Shown here: positions 1 to 8,345 of the stretch, piece by piece
How positions within the stretch are numbered: position 1 is the first letter of the stretch
Layout: every line of letters begins with the position of its first letter
Source: Elusimicrobiaceae bacterium
GTDB taxonomy: Bacteria; Elusimicrobiota; Elusimicrobia; Elusimicrobiales; Elusimicrobiaceae
Assembly (NCBI GenBank): GCA_045606805.1
Contig: JAZUSP010000047.1
Span: 5,087-69,086 of the forward strand
Direction: 5' to 3'
DNA: 64,000 bases
Notes under the pieces: generated by a model
Database searches by the model: none
What the model saw: the letters and a program-made list of their open reading frames with translations, nothing else
Told to the model about the DNA's origin: nothing
Program-made: the position numbers and the translations under genes

Positions 1-242
1 TCAATTTCGGGCGGCAACAGGCGCGTTTGCGGCGGGACTTGGTCTTTGATTTTTTCATACGAGGCCGGATTAAGTACGGCGGCAAAGCGCGGCTTAAAGG
101 CGTGGAGTTGTTTTAAAAACAGGTCTGTATTATTGTTGGCCGACAGCCCCAGCACGCGGTAGTTTTCGCCCAGGTGGGCAACTACATCTAATGCCGAGGT
201 GCCGATAGAACCCGTGGAACCTAAAATGACAATGTTTTTCAT
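1..242 (-). CDS. dxr: 1-deoxy-D-xylulose 5-phosphate reductoisomerase, N-terminal part (runs off window)
   Basis: Hand translation gives MKNIVILGSTGSIGTSALDVV, the DXR NADPH-binding motif. The ATG overlaps the cdsA stop (ATGA). Not in the ORF track because it is truncated. Confidence 0.93.
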   Translation of the reverse strand, partial: MKNIVILGSTGSIGTSALDVVAHLGENYRVLGLSANNNTDLFLKQLHAFKPRFAAVLNPASYEKIKDQVPPQTRLLPPEI

Positions 243-1069
243 AATTGTACCGGCAGTGCAAACAGCACGACGTAATAGAAAATCGGCGCTAAGAGTAAGT
301 ACGAGTCAAACCTATCCAAAAATCCGCCGTGGCCCGGCAGTAAGTTGGAAGAATCTTTGACCCCGGTCGAGCGTTTTAACACCGATTCTGCCAGGTCGGA
401 CATTTGCCCCACTACGGCCACCAGTAGCCCCAACCACACGGCCGCCTGCACCGTCAGTAGCGTGCTTAAAAACAGGTTGCGCATGACCACCGCACCGCCC
501 ACAGCAAGGAGCGTGCCGCCAATGGCGCCTTCCCAGGTTTTCTTGGGGGAAACCTCTTGGTTGAGTTTATGCCGCCCGAAAAACCGGCCCGAAAAATACG
601 CCCCCGTGTCACTTACCCACACGGTGATAATCATAAATAGCGTCAAATATTCGCCGTACTGCGGGATGTCGCGTAAATTAATGAGGTGTGCCAGTGACCA
701 CGGAATTAAAAACACCCCGGTAAACGTGTTGCACACGCGCTCCCAACTGCGTTTGGGGGTCAGCACTTCAAAAAACAAAACGCCCACCAGCACGAGGCTA
801 ATGGCCATGGGGTAGAGGTTGTTGGGCAAAGTCAAACTTTCGGGATGTGCCCGGCCTAAGAGGGCCACGGCGCCCATTAAAATGCCCCACAACATAAGCG
901 AAATTGTGTGTACGGGGCGGCGCCCGGCCGTCAGCACCAGGCTGTATTCGTACAGGCACAGCATAATGACACAGCCGACAAACGCCATATAGGCGATGCC
1001 GCCGAAGTGGATGGCGGCGATGATTAAAGGGATGCCCACGAGGGCGGTGAGTATTCTGGGTAATAGCAT
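239..1069 (-). CDS. cdsA: Phosphatidate cytidylyltransferase
   Basis: Hydrophobic protein with SPKKTWEG and GVKDSSNLLPGHGGFLDRFDS motifs. Start placed at MLLPRIL (1069), 6 nt after a TATAAT. Confidence 0.95.
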   Translation of the reverse strand: MLLPRILTALVGIPLIIAAIHFGGIAYMAFVGCVIMLCLYEYSLVLTAGRRPVHTISLMLWGILMGAVALLGRAHPESLTLPNNLYPMAISLVLVGVLFFEVLTPKRSWERVCNTFTGVFLIPWSLAHLINLRDIPQYGEYLTLFMIITVWVSDTGAYFSGRFFGRHKLNQEVSPKKTWEGAIGGTLLAVGGAVVMRNLFLSTLLTVQAAVWLGLLVAVVGQMSDLAESVLKRSTGVKDSSNLLPGHGGFLDRFDSYLLLAPIFYYVVLFALPVQL

Positions 1070-1183
1070 GATAACATTATACCATTTTAACGGCGGGCGC
1101 GATGCCTGTTTATACTCCGGCACCATTTTCCAAAACCGGGCCATTTTGCCAAAACTTGGGCCCAAAATAGGTCCTTTTTATAC

Positions 1184-1212
1184 TTGACAATACTAACATA
1201 TCTTGCTAAACT
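1184..1212 (+). promoter_or_regulatory. sigma70 promoter (TTGACA-17 bp-TAAACT, extended TG) with no downstream CDS
   Basis: TTGACA at 1184-1189, TAAACT at 1207-1212, TGC immediately upstream of the -10. Confidence 0.7.
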
Positions 1213-1218
1213 ATACCC

Positions 1219-1413
1219 GTAGTGCCTGCGCAAGACCTTTGCGCGGGTTTCCCAACCAATTTGCCGTACCGACACCCCAACAGTGCGTGCCCCTACCTCA
1301 CACACTTTAAACCAGCAAAAGGAGTAAAACCCAACGGGTGTTAGAACCGGTGCCGAGTTAAGCTATCAAGGGAAGCAGCTCTGCTGCCCGTGCAACTGCG
1401 AACACAGGCATAC
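1219..1413 (+). ncRNA. ssrS: Candidate 6S RNA (rod-shaped ~195 nt RNA with central bubble)
   Basis: Manual fold: GUAGUGCCUG/CAGGCAUAC closing stem, CGCA/UGCG, UUGCGCGGG/CCCGUGCAA, UUUCCC/GGGAAG, asymmetric bubble, GUACCG/CGGUGC, ACACCC/GGGUGU. GAACC and UCAAGGG on the 3' strand recall 6S RNAs. Not checked with a covariance model. Confidence 0.5.
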
Positions 1414-1709
1414 CCGTTTGCGCAAGCAAGTGGGGGAACTTTGATAGCCCAGTAACTGTAATAACCCCGTTTTAAGGGGCCCGTACGTTGCGCGCTTTTT
1501 TGCGCCCGTGCGCGCCAAGTAAGTATTTTCTTTACTTACATACTTAGAACGGATAAATGCCGCAGTTGGCTCCGCAGAAGCAGATAGAAATCTTGCCGGC
1601 TCTTTCTTTACTATATCTGTCTTACAGGAACATGATTGCTAGTTAGCCCTACTACTTACTATCTAGTTAAATGCCTAGGGATACGGGTGCGCCCGCGCGG
1701 GCCCCGCAT

Positions 1710-1933
1710 TTTCCCCAGCACCGGGAAAAACTGACAGTAAGCCGATTAAAAGAGCACCGCTGTAAACGCAAGTGAACTCCTGTTTCCCCACGCACCGGAC
1801 AAAACTGACAGTAAGCTGATTAAAAGAGCACCGGTGTAAACGCAAGGGAACTCCTGTTTCCCCACGCACCGGACAAAACTGACAGTAGGCTGATTAAAAG
1901 AGCACCGCTGTAAACGCAAGTGAACTCCTGTTT
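1710..1933. repeat. Three tandem copies of a 74-bp unit
   Basis: CTGACAGTA recurs at 1731, 1805 and 1879 (period 74); the copies differ at only a few positions. Confidence 0.95.
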
Positions 1934-2053
1934 TCAGATTCGAGGCAGATTCGCACCGTATGTTGCCCCGTGGCGTACGTCTGCAAGACAATGCGTCAGC
2001 ATTGCAGGTACGCGAGGTGGGCAAATCGGTGCGAAGGTGCCCGAATGTGGAAA
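1931..2053. repeat. ~125-bp palindromic element (GTAC-core family), copy 1
   Basis: Nested inverted arms TTCGCACCG/CGGTGCGAA, TTGCCC/GGGCAA, GCGTAC/GTACGC, CTGCAA/TTGCAG. A near-identical copy lies at 7573-7696. Confidence 0.9.
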
Positions 2054-2175
2054 CCGCTACTTTCCATCCCTAACCATCCCATTTGACAAACTGCCTGGGT
2101 AACTTATATAATATATACGTTCTTAACCGAACGGCTTGGTAGTTCACAAGCCGTTCTTTGTATATAGGAGGGCAC

Positions 2176-2634
2176 ATGAAAGACCCTAAACTCATAGAAG
2201 AAACCGTAGCCAAAGCCCTGGCCGCACAACAGGTAGAGCTGGTGGACCTGGTCATCCAGCACCAGGGGCGCAAGGCGGTGCTGCAGTTTTTTGTGGACAA
2301 AGTTGGCGGCATTACGCTGGACGATTGTGGCGAGCTGACCGATAAAATAGACGCCATTTTAGAAATGGAAAACCTCATAGACGGCGCGTACGTGCTGGAA
2401 GTATCTTCCCCCGGCGTGCAGCGCGTGCTCAAAAAGCCGGAGCATTTCAAACGCTTTACCGGCGAGCGCGTGAAAGTCGTCCTAAAAGTGCCCCTTAACG
2501 GGCGCGGCAGTTTTACCGGGGTTATCGCACAAGCCGATGACCACGCCTTTGTACTTGAGGACGCAACGAACCAGTTTCGCTTTGAATACAACAACCTCAA
2601 AAAAGCGCACCTGGACCCGGTGCTTGAATTTTAA
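2176..2634 (+). CDS. rimP: Ribosome maturation factor RimP
   Basis: GITLDDC and YVLEVSSPGVQRVL motifs; lies upstream of nusA; AGGAGG RBS. Confidence 0.96.
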   Translation: MKDPKLIEETVAKALAAQQVELVDLVIQHQGRKAVLQFFVDKVGGITLDDCGELTDKIDAILEMENLIDGAYVLEVSSPGVQRVLKKPEHFKRFTGERVKVVLKVPLNGRGSFTGVIAQADDHAFVLEDATNQFRFEYNNLKKAHLDPVLEF

Positions 2635-2655
2635 CACGATAGGAGAACAAACCCC

Positions 2656-4062
2656 ATGGAAATGAATACCAAAGAACTCTTAGCCGCCCTAGAAGGGTTG
2701 GAGCGGGAAAAAAACATCAAACGCGACGATATTTTAAAAACGATTGAAGATTCGCTCGTGTCGGCCCTGCGCAAAAATTTGGGCAAAACCGCCCAAGTGG
2801 TGGCCAAAATTAACATCAAAACGGGCACCATTGACGCGTTGCACCAGTTAAACGTGGTGGAAGCAGTTTCCAACCCGGAAATGGAAATTGACCTTGAAAG
2901 TGCCCAAAAAATAGATAAAAAACTCAAAGTGGGCGACGTGCTTTCCCGCCCGTTACAAGTGACGGATTTCTCACGCATTGCCGCGCAAATTGCCAAGCAG
3001 GTGCTCATTCAAAAAGTACGCGGCATTGAACGCGACAATTTCTACAAAGAATATAAACTGCGCGAGGGCGAAGTGGTGATGGGCTCGGTGCGGCGCATGT
3101 CCGAGCGGGACATCATTGTGGACCTGGGCAAAATTGAAGCCATTTTGCCGTATTGCGAACAAATCCGCAAAGAGCATTATTCCAACGGCTCGCGCATTAA
3201 AGCCATGATTACCAAAGTGATGAACGCTACGGACTTTGCCGACATCGGCGACGACCCGATTCTCGGCCGCTACAAATCCGCCGCTTTTAAGCTGGACAAA
3301 GGCCAACGTGGGCCGTATGTGTTTTTATCCCGCGCTAACGGAGCCTTCTTAGAAGGACTCTTTAAAGTGGAAGTGCCCGAAATCAACGAAGGCATTGTGG
3401 AAATTAAAGGCATTGAGCGCGACCCGGGCTTCCGTTCCAAAGTGCTAGTTTCCAGCATGGACAGTAAAATTGACCCTATCGGCACGTGCGTAGGCATGCG
3501 CGGCATTCGCATCCGGGCGATTCAAAACGAACTGTCCGGCGAGCGCATTGATTTAATTAACTACTCGGCCGACGTCAGCACGTTACTGATGAACGCGCTT
3601 GCCCCGGCCAAAGCCAACTTTGTGCAAATTACCAGCGTGCGCGACAAAAAAGCCCTGATTATCGTGCCCGACGACCAACTGGCCATTGCTATCGGCAAAG
3701 ATTGGCAGAATATTCGCCTGGCTTCGCGCCTGACGGGTTGGGACTTAGACGTCAAGAGCGAAACCCAAAAAGCCCAAGAAGGCAAAGCGGCGACGGAGTC
3801 TATCCAAAACATTTTGGCCAGCATTGACGGGGTCGGCCCCAAAACAGCCGAATGGTTGCAAAAAGCCGGGTTTAACAGTGTGGAAAAATTGGCCAATGTG
3901 GAAATAGAACACCTTTGCACCGTGCAAGGTATTGGCGATAAGACCGCCTCTAAAATTATTGAAGGCGCTAAAAAATACATAGCCGAGCACGCCGCCCCGC
4001 AAGCGGCCCAAACACCCGCGCAGGAGACCGCCCATGACGACGACAACCCAGAAAACAACTAA
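2656..4062 (+). CDS. nusA: Transcription termination/antitermination factor NusA
   Basis: SRIAAQIAKQVLIQK, S1 and KH domains (CVGMRGIRI, AIGKDWQNIRLASRLTGW) and C-terminal HhH repeats. Confidence 0.97.
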   Translation: MEMNTKELLAALEGLEREKNIKRDDILKTIEDSLVSALRKNLGKTAQVVAKINIKTGTIDALHQLNVVEAVSNPEMEIDLESAQKIDKKLKVGDVLSRPLQVTDFSRIAAQIAKQVLIQKVRGIERDNFYKEYKLREGEVVMGSVRRMSERDIIVDLGKIEAILPYCEQIRKEHYSNGSRIKAMITKVMNATDFADIGDDPILGRYKSAAFKLDKGQRGPYVFLSRANGAFLEGLFKVEVPEINEGIVEIKGIERDPGFRSKVLVSSMDSKIDPIGTCVGMRGIRIRAIQNELSGERIDLINYSADVSTLLMNALAPAKANFVQITSVRDKKALIIVPDDQLAIAIGKDWQNIRLASRLTGWDLDVKSETQKAQEGKAATESIQNILASIDGVGPKTAEWLQKAGFNSVEKLANVEIEHLCTVQGIGDKTASKIIEGAKKYIAEHAAPQAAQTPAQETAHDDDNPENN

Positions 4063-6454
4063 AGAGGACAAAACCCCTAAAAAGAAAGCGGTAGCCAAAA
4101 AACCGGCGGCTAAAAAACCGGCTGATAAAAAAACAGCGCCTAAAAAAGAAACCGCCGCCAAGGCTCCGGCTAAAAAACCGGCGGCCAAAAAAACGGCTAA
4201 ACCCGCGGCCAAAAAAACAGTTGCCAAAAAAGAAACGGACACCAAGGCTCCGGCTAAAAAAACCGTTAAAAAAGCGCCCCCGAAAACGGCTACTAAGGCC
4301 GACGTAAAAGCGGGCGTAAAACCCGCCGTAAAGCCCGCGCCCGCGCTGGCAGAAAAACCGGCCACGTATGCGGGGGGGCAAACCGCCGCGCCTAAGCCGG
4401 GTGTAAAACCCGCGCCCGTGCAAGCGCCCAAGCCGCACGTGCAAAAACCTGCGGCGGCTCAGCCCAAACCGCAAGTAGTTGCGGCCCCTACGCCGCAAGC
4501 CGCACCTAAACCGCAATTTGTACAACCCAAGCCGGCGCCTGTGGCTCAACCTAAGCCGGCCCCGGCACAACCCCGGCCGCAAGTTCAAACGCCCAAGCCG
4601 CAACCTGCGCAACGGCCGCAACCGCAAGCGCAGAAACCGGCCCCGGTACCGTCCAAGCCGCAGGCCGCGCAAGCGAGCGCAAAACCGTCTGCCAAAACGG
4701 TCCGCATTGTCGGCCAGCCGACGGTCAAAGAGCTGGCGGAAAAGATGAATTTCAAAGTCAATGATTTCATCAAAAAACTCATGATGATGGGCATTTTCGC
4801 CACCATTAACCAACGGTTAGAAAAAGATATGATTGAGCTTGTGGTGGCGGAGTGCGGCTTTGAAGCCGAAATGGTGCAGGAAGATTTGAAAGAGGCCGCC
4901 GCCGTCATACAGTTGGAAGACGACCCGGCCAGCCTTAAACCGCGCAGCCCGGTGATCACCATTATGGGCCACGTGGACCACGGTAAAACGAGCTTGTTGG
5001 ACGCTATCCGCAAATCCAACGTCGTCGCGGGCGAAGCGGGCGCCATTACCCAGCACATTGGCGCGTACCGCGTGACCACGCCGCGCGGCGTGCTCACGTT
5101 TTTAGATACGCCCGGCCACGAGGCGTTTACTGCCATGCGTGCGCGCGGGGCGCAAGCGACGGATATTGTGGTGCTTGTGGTGTCCGCCACCGACGGCATT
5201 ATGCCGCAGACCATTGAGGCTATGGAACACGCCAAAGCTGCCGGCGCGCCGATTATTGTGGCGGTCAACAAAATTGACCTCCCTGGTGCCAACCCGGACC
5301 GCGTCCGCCAGGACTTAGCCGCCCGCGGCCTGGTGCCCGAAGAATGGCAAGGCTCCACGATTTTTGTGGACATTTCCGCCAAAAAGCATTTAAACATTGA
5401 TAAGCTCTTGGAGATGATTGCGCTGCAAGCGGAAATGATGGAACTTAAAGCCAACCCGGACCGCCCGGGCGTGGGTGTTATTTTGGAAAGTAAGCGCGAC
5501 AACAAACGCGGCGTAGTAGCCACCGTTTTGGTGCAAAAAGGTACCATGAAGGTGGGGGACCCCTTTTTGGTGGGCACGAACTACGGCCGCATCCGCGCGC
5601 TTATTGACGAAAACGCGCAACGCTACCAAAAAATCGGCCCCAGCGTGCCCGCCGAAGTCCTCGGTATTAACGGCGAGCCGCCGCAAGTGGGCGACACGCT
5701 CTATATTATGGAGAGCGAAAAAGAAGCCCGCTACGCCGCCGAAAAACGCAAGCTGGCGCAGAAGGAAGATTCGCAAGCGCACCGCAAGCAAATGTCCTTA
5801 ATGGCCCTAGGCAAAGCCGACGAAGAAGGCAACAAAGTCAAAAAACTGAGTTTGATTTTAAAGGCCGACGTGCAAGGCTCCATTGAAGCCATTAAAGATG
5901 CTTTGCTCCGCATCCCGTCCGACGAGGTGGAGCTGGATATTGTCCTGTCCGCCCCCGGCAACATTAACGAGAGCGATATCTTGCTCGCCAAGGCCAGCAA
6001 CGCGGTGGTCATCGGTTTTCACGTGTCCACCGAGCACAAAGCGCAAGCCGAGGCCGAGCGCGAGGGCATTGAAATCCGCAACTACACGATTATCTTTGAA
6101 CTGCTAGAAGACATCAAAGCCGCGATGGAAGGGCTGTTAGAGCCCGACGTAGTGGAAACCGTCGTGGGCACGGCTACCATTAAAAAAGTGATGAAGTTAA
6201 GCAGTGGCTTAATTTCAGGCTCTTTGGTAGAATCGGGCACCGTGATTCGCAACTATGAAGTGCGCATCAAACGTAACGGCGAAGAAGTGGGCCGCGGCAA
6301 AATCGGTGGCCTCAAACGCTTCAAGGATGACGTCAAAGAAGTGGAGAAAGGTTATGAGTGCGGCATCTTAATTGAGGGCTTCAAAGGCGTGCAAGAAGGC
6401 GACCTGATTGAGTGCTTCAAAAAAGAAACTGTCACCCGCAGAATTAAGATGTAA
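4034..6454 (+). CDS. infB: Translation initiation factor IF-2
   Basis: GHVDHGKT, DTPGHEAF and NKID G-domain motifs and the IF2 C-terminus; low-complexity K/A/P/Q N-terminus. Confidence 0.98.
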   Translation: MTTTTQKTTKEDKTPKKKAVAKKPAAKKPADKKTAPKKETAAKAPAKKPAAKKTAKPAAKKTVAKKETDTKAPAKKTVKKAPPKTATKADVKAGVKPAVKPAPALAEKPATYAGGQTAAPKPGVKPAPVQAPKPHVQKPAAAQPKPQVVAAPTPQAAPKPQFVQPKPAPVAQPKPAPAQPRPQVQTPKPQPAQRPQPQAQKPAPVPSKPQAAQASAKPSAKTVRIVGQPTVKELAEKMNFKVNDFIKKLMMMGIFATINQRLEKDMIELVVAECGFEAEMVQEDLKEAAAVIQLEDDPASLKPRSPVITIMGHVDHGKTSLLDAIRKSNVVAGEAGAITQHIGAYRVTTPRGVLTFLDTPGHEAFTAMRARGAQATDIVVLVVSATDGIMPQTIEAMEHAKAAGAPIIVAVNKIDLPGANPDRVRQDLAARGLVPEEWQGSTIFVDISAKKHLNIDKLLEMIALQAEMMELKANPDRPGVGVILESKRDNKRGVVATVLVQKGTMKVGDPFLVGTNYGRIRALIDENAQRYQKIGPSVPAEVLGINGEPPQVGDTLYIMESEKEARYAAEKRKLAQKEDSQAHRKQMSLMALGKADEEGNKVKKLSLILKADVQGSIEAIKDALLRIPSDEVELDIVLSAPGNINESDILLAKASNAVVIGFHVSTEHKAQAEAEREGIEIRNYTIIFELLEDIKAAMEGLLEPDVVETVVGTATIKKVMKLSSGLISGSLVESGTVIRNYEVRIKRNGEEVGRGKIGGLKRFKDDVKEVEKGYECGILIEGFKGVQEGDLIECFKKETVTRRIKM

Positions 6455-6480
6455 CAGTTGGTTTACGAATGCAAAATAGT

Positions 6481-6506
6481 ACCGCCCCTCGGTTACGAGG
6501 GGCGGT
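6481..6506. terminator. Intrinsic terminator hairpin between infB and pilin 1
   Basis: ACCGCCCCTCG-GTTA-CGAGGGGCGGT. Confidence 0.8.
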
Positions 6507-6518
6507 TGTGCGTATATT

Positions 6519-7175
6519 TTAATCTACTGCTACTATATTATCACTCCAAGGGGAAGGAAGTGTCTTACAAAAAGCCTCTCCTTCTGGACTAAAATAGTCA
6601 CACTCATAGGACACTGAACCGCTAGCATTGATTCCAAATTGTAATGCCATGGATGGTAAATGTTCTCTGGCAATACTTTGTGCCATACACTTTCTAGTAT
6701 CACATCGGGCTGCATATTCCCAATACTTGGTAAAGCAAGAAGCATCCTGTTCTCTTAGACAAGATATGTTCATATCAAGAACGTCAGATTTTACTTCTCC
6801 CGTGAATGAAATACGGTCGTCCTCATTGGCAGGAATGCCGTTACGCAATATATATAAATGCATGGCTTTTTTAAAAGAATCCAGTGTGGTAATGGCCTCA
6901 ACTGCCCGTGTCTTTAGTACAGCTTTTTGGTATTGTGGCACGGCCACAGCGGCCAAAATACCGATAATGAGCACGACGACCAAGAGTTCAATGAGCGTAA
7001 AGCCGTGGGTCGTTGTCAATAAAGGTGTCATCCCCGAGGATTGTAATCGGGGATCTTCCACGCATTTATTAAATAAGGCTTGTTCCCTTTTGTTACAACG
7101 ACAAGCGTTGTAGATTCCCAACAGAGACTCTTGGGAATGACAGACTTTTTTACAAACGTCTTTTTGGTTTTTCAT
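6519..7175 (-). CDS. Type IV pilin-like protein 1 (PilE/PilA-like) with extended leader
   Basis: G|[25 protein letters not shown]-methylation motif after a 58-aa leader; Cys pairs in the C-terminal domain. Confidence 0.92.
   Translation of the reverse strand: MKNQKDVCKKVCHSQESLLGIYNACRCNKREQALFNKCVEDPRLQSSGMTPLLTTTHGFTLIELLVVVLIIGILAAVAVPQYQKAVLKTRAVEAITTLDSFKKAMHLYILRNGIPANEDDRISFTGEVKSDVLDMNISCLREQDASCFTKYWEYAARCDTRKCMAQSIAREHLPSMALQFGINASGSVSYECDYFSPEGEAFCKTLPSPWSDNIVAVD
7027..7141. repeat. GTCATCC-type double-hairpin REP/REPIN-like element inside the pilin 1 leader peptide
   Basis: GTCATCCCCGAG..TCGGGGATCTTCCACGC, then a spacer, then CAAGCGTTGTAGATTCCCAA..TTGGGAATGAC. Confidence 0.85.
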
Positions 7176-7455
7176 AAGTTTTGCTCCTGTTTATTTAATT
7201 TGCAATTTACCCACTTATGAAACCCCACGGAAAACGGCTACTATACCGGAGTTTCTTGCAGTAACCCATATACAACAGCCGTAGTTTACCATTGAAAATG
7301 ATAAACATTCGGTACAACTTCGCAGGTTTGCAATTCCGTTGTCGTTGTACCTTATAATTGGCTGTATTTTGGACTGCAAGAATGCCTTTAAAGGCTTCCC
7401 GTTTCTTAAACGGTTCCAAAAACAGATAAAATTGTACCTATAGTATAATAAAAAA
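7176..7455 (-). ncRNA. Conserved structured 5' leader of pilin cassette, copy L1
   Basis: TATACT -10, UCUGUUUUUGGAACCGUUUAAGAAACGG block, stems CUUGCAGU/ACUGCAAG, ACAGCC/GGCUGU, GGUACAAC/GUUGUACC, conserved GAAUGUUU and downstream AGCCGUUUU. Confidence 0.8.
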
Positions 7456-7572
7456 GGTTGGATTTTAGCAACCTTTTTTAGGGGAAAAGTTTTACGTAAT
7501 GAATATTTACGTCCGCCAAGCATCGGGTAGAATGTTCAAAATAGCGCGGTGCAAACGAAAGGGATGGACGTG

Positions 7573-7696
7573 TTTTCAGATTTGAGGCAGATTCGCACCG
7601 TATGTTGCCCCGCAGCGTACGTCTGCAAGACAACGCGTCAGCGTTGCAGGTACGCAAGGTGGGCAAATCGGTGCGAAGGTGCCCGAATGTGAAAAC
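7573..7696. repeat. ~125-bp palindromic element (GTAC-core family), copy 2
   Basis: Near-identical to 1931-2053, with compensatory changes in the apical stem (AACGCGTCAGCGTT vs AATGCGTCAGCATT). Confidence 0.9.
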
Positions 7697-7711
7697 TGTT
7701 AGTTCGTGGTG

Positions 7712-8323
7712 TTATTGTGAAATCGGTACATTAAGTAAGGGCTTATCTTTCCACCCTTTCTTATCAAAATGCCACCACTCCGTGCGCGTATAGCTAAACC
7801 CGGCGGCCGTCATAATTTGTTTAAGCGTCTCGCGCCGGGCCAATATATCGGCGGGCAAGTCATAAAAATCCATGTGGGCTTGCTTGGTGAAAGAGTCAAA
7901 ATCCGTCGGCATTTTGAGGGGGTTGCCGTTCAAATCGCACGGCGTCAAATCTACCGCCATCCCGCGGCTATGGCGCGAGCCGCGCTTAGGCATGGCCACG
8001 TAACTTGGGTTTGGAAATGCTTGCCACAGCTTGCGGTGCTCGTCCTGCGGGCGATAGCAATCCCACAAGCAAAATGTAAACGGCTCTTTGGCTTGCGCCG
8101 CCAGCGCAACGGCTTTTTTCAGGCCGTCCACCACATCTTTATGCAAGTAACATTTGGCAGAAGCATAGATTTTTTTCCCCGTAAAATTGTTGTCCGTGGC
8201 ATAGCGCAAGCGCACAAACACGGGCAAATTTTCCACGGTTTGCACGTCCACAAGCCCGGCATCCTCTAAGGGTCCGGCCGTCGCGGGCCAGGCACATAAC
8301 AACAGCAAAAGTACGCGTTTCAT
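7712..8323 (-). CDS. ddpX: D-Ala-D-Ala dipeptidase (M15D, VanX/DdpX family), with signal peptide
   Basis: RYATDNNFTG, WDCYRP, SRHSRGMAVDLT and EWWHFD motifs; start MKRVLLLLLC at 8323. Confidence 0.9.
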   Translation of the reverse strand: MKRVLLLLLCAWPATAGPLEDAGLVDVQTVENLPVFVRLRYATDNNFTGKKIYASAKCYLHKDVVDGLKKAVALAAQAKEPFTFCLWDCYRPQDEHRKLWQAFPNPSYVAMPKRGSRHSRGMAVDLTPCDLNGNPLKMPTDFDSFTKQAHMDFYDLPADILARRETLKQIMTAAGFSYTRTEWWHFDKKGWKDKPLLNVPISQ

Positions 8324-8345
8324 ACTTTTATTATATAATAAAGGT

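Noticed and set aside
1260-1400. Large (Bacillus-type) SRP RNA, suggested by TTTGCCGT..GTGCCCCTACC and GGAAGCAGC
   Set aside because: The helix 8 CAGG-GNRA-AGCAG geometry and the Alu UGU motif are absent; a 6S-like rod fits better.
1345-1450. Cobalamin or SAM-I riboswitch
   Set aside because: AAGGGAA..GCAACUG and CUAUCAAG..GAUAG are partial look-alikes, but the B12 box, the SAM core and an adjacent regulated gene are missing.
1710-1933. CRISPR array
   Set aside because: The units are near-identical along their whole length, with no unique spacers, and there are no cas genes in the window.
3745-4813. Long antisense ORFs opposite the nusA/infB junction (and similar shadow ORFs opposite uvrA, feoB and the GYF gene)
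   Set aside because: They are expected shadows of low-complexity or GC3-rich sense genes, with no RBS or recognisable motifs.
7200-7400. Pilin leader as a known c-di-GMP-I/II riboswitch
   Set aside because: No GGCAAA..GAAA..GACGCAAAG layout and no c-di-GMP-II pseudoknot core could be matched by eye.
7207-7666. Small ORFs overlapping pilin leaders and palindromes (e.g. the MEPFKKR.. ORFs at 7207-7419 and 21991-22236)
   Set aside because: Their shared starts come from the conserved non-coding block; length and frame are not conserved between copies.
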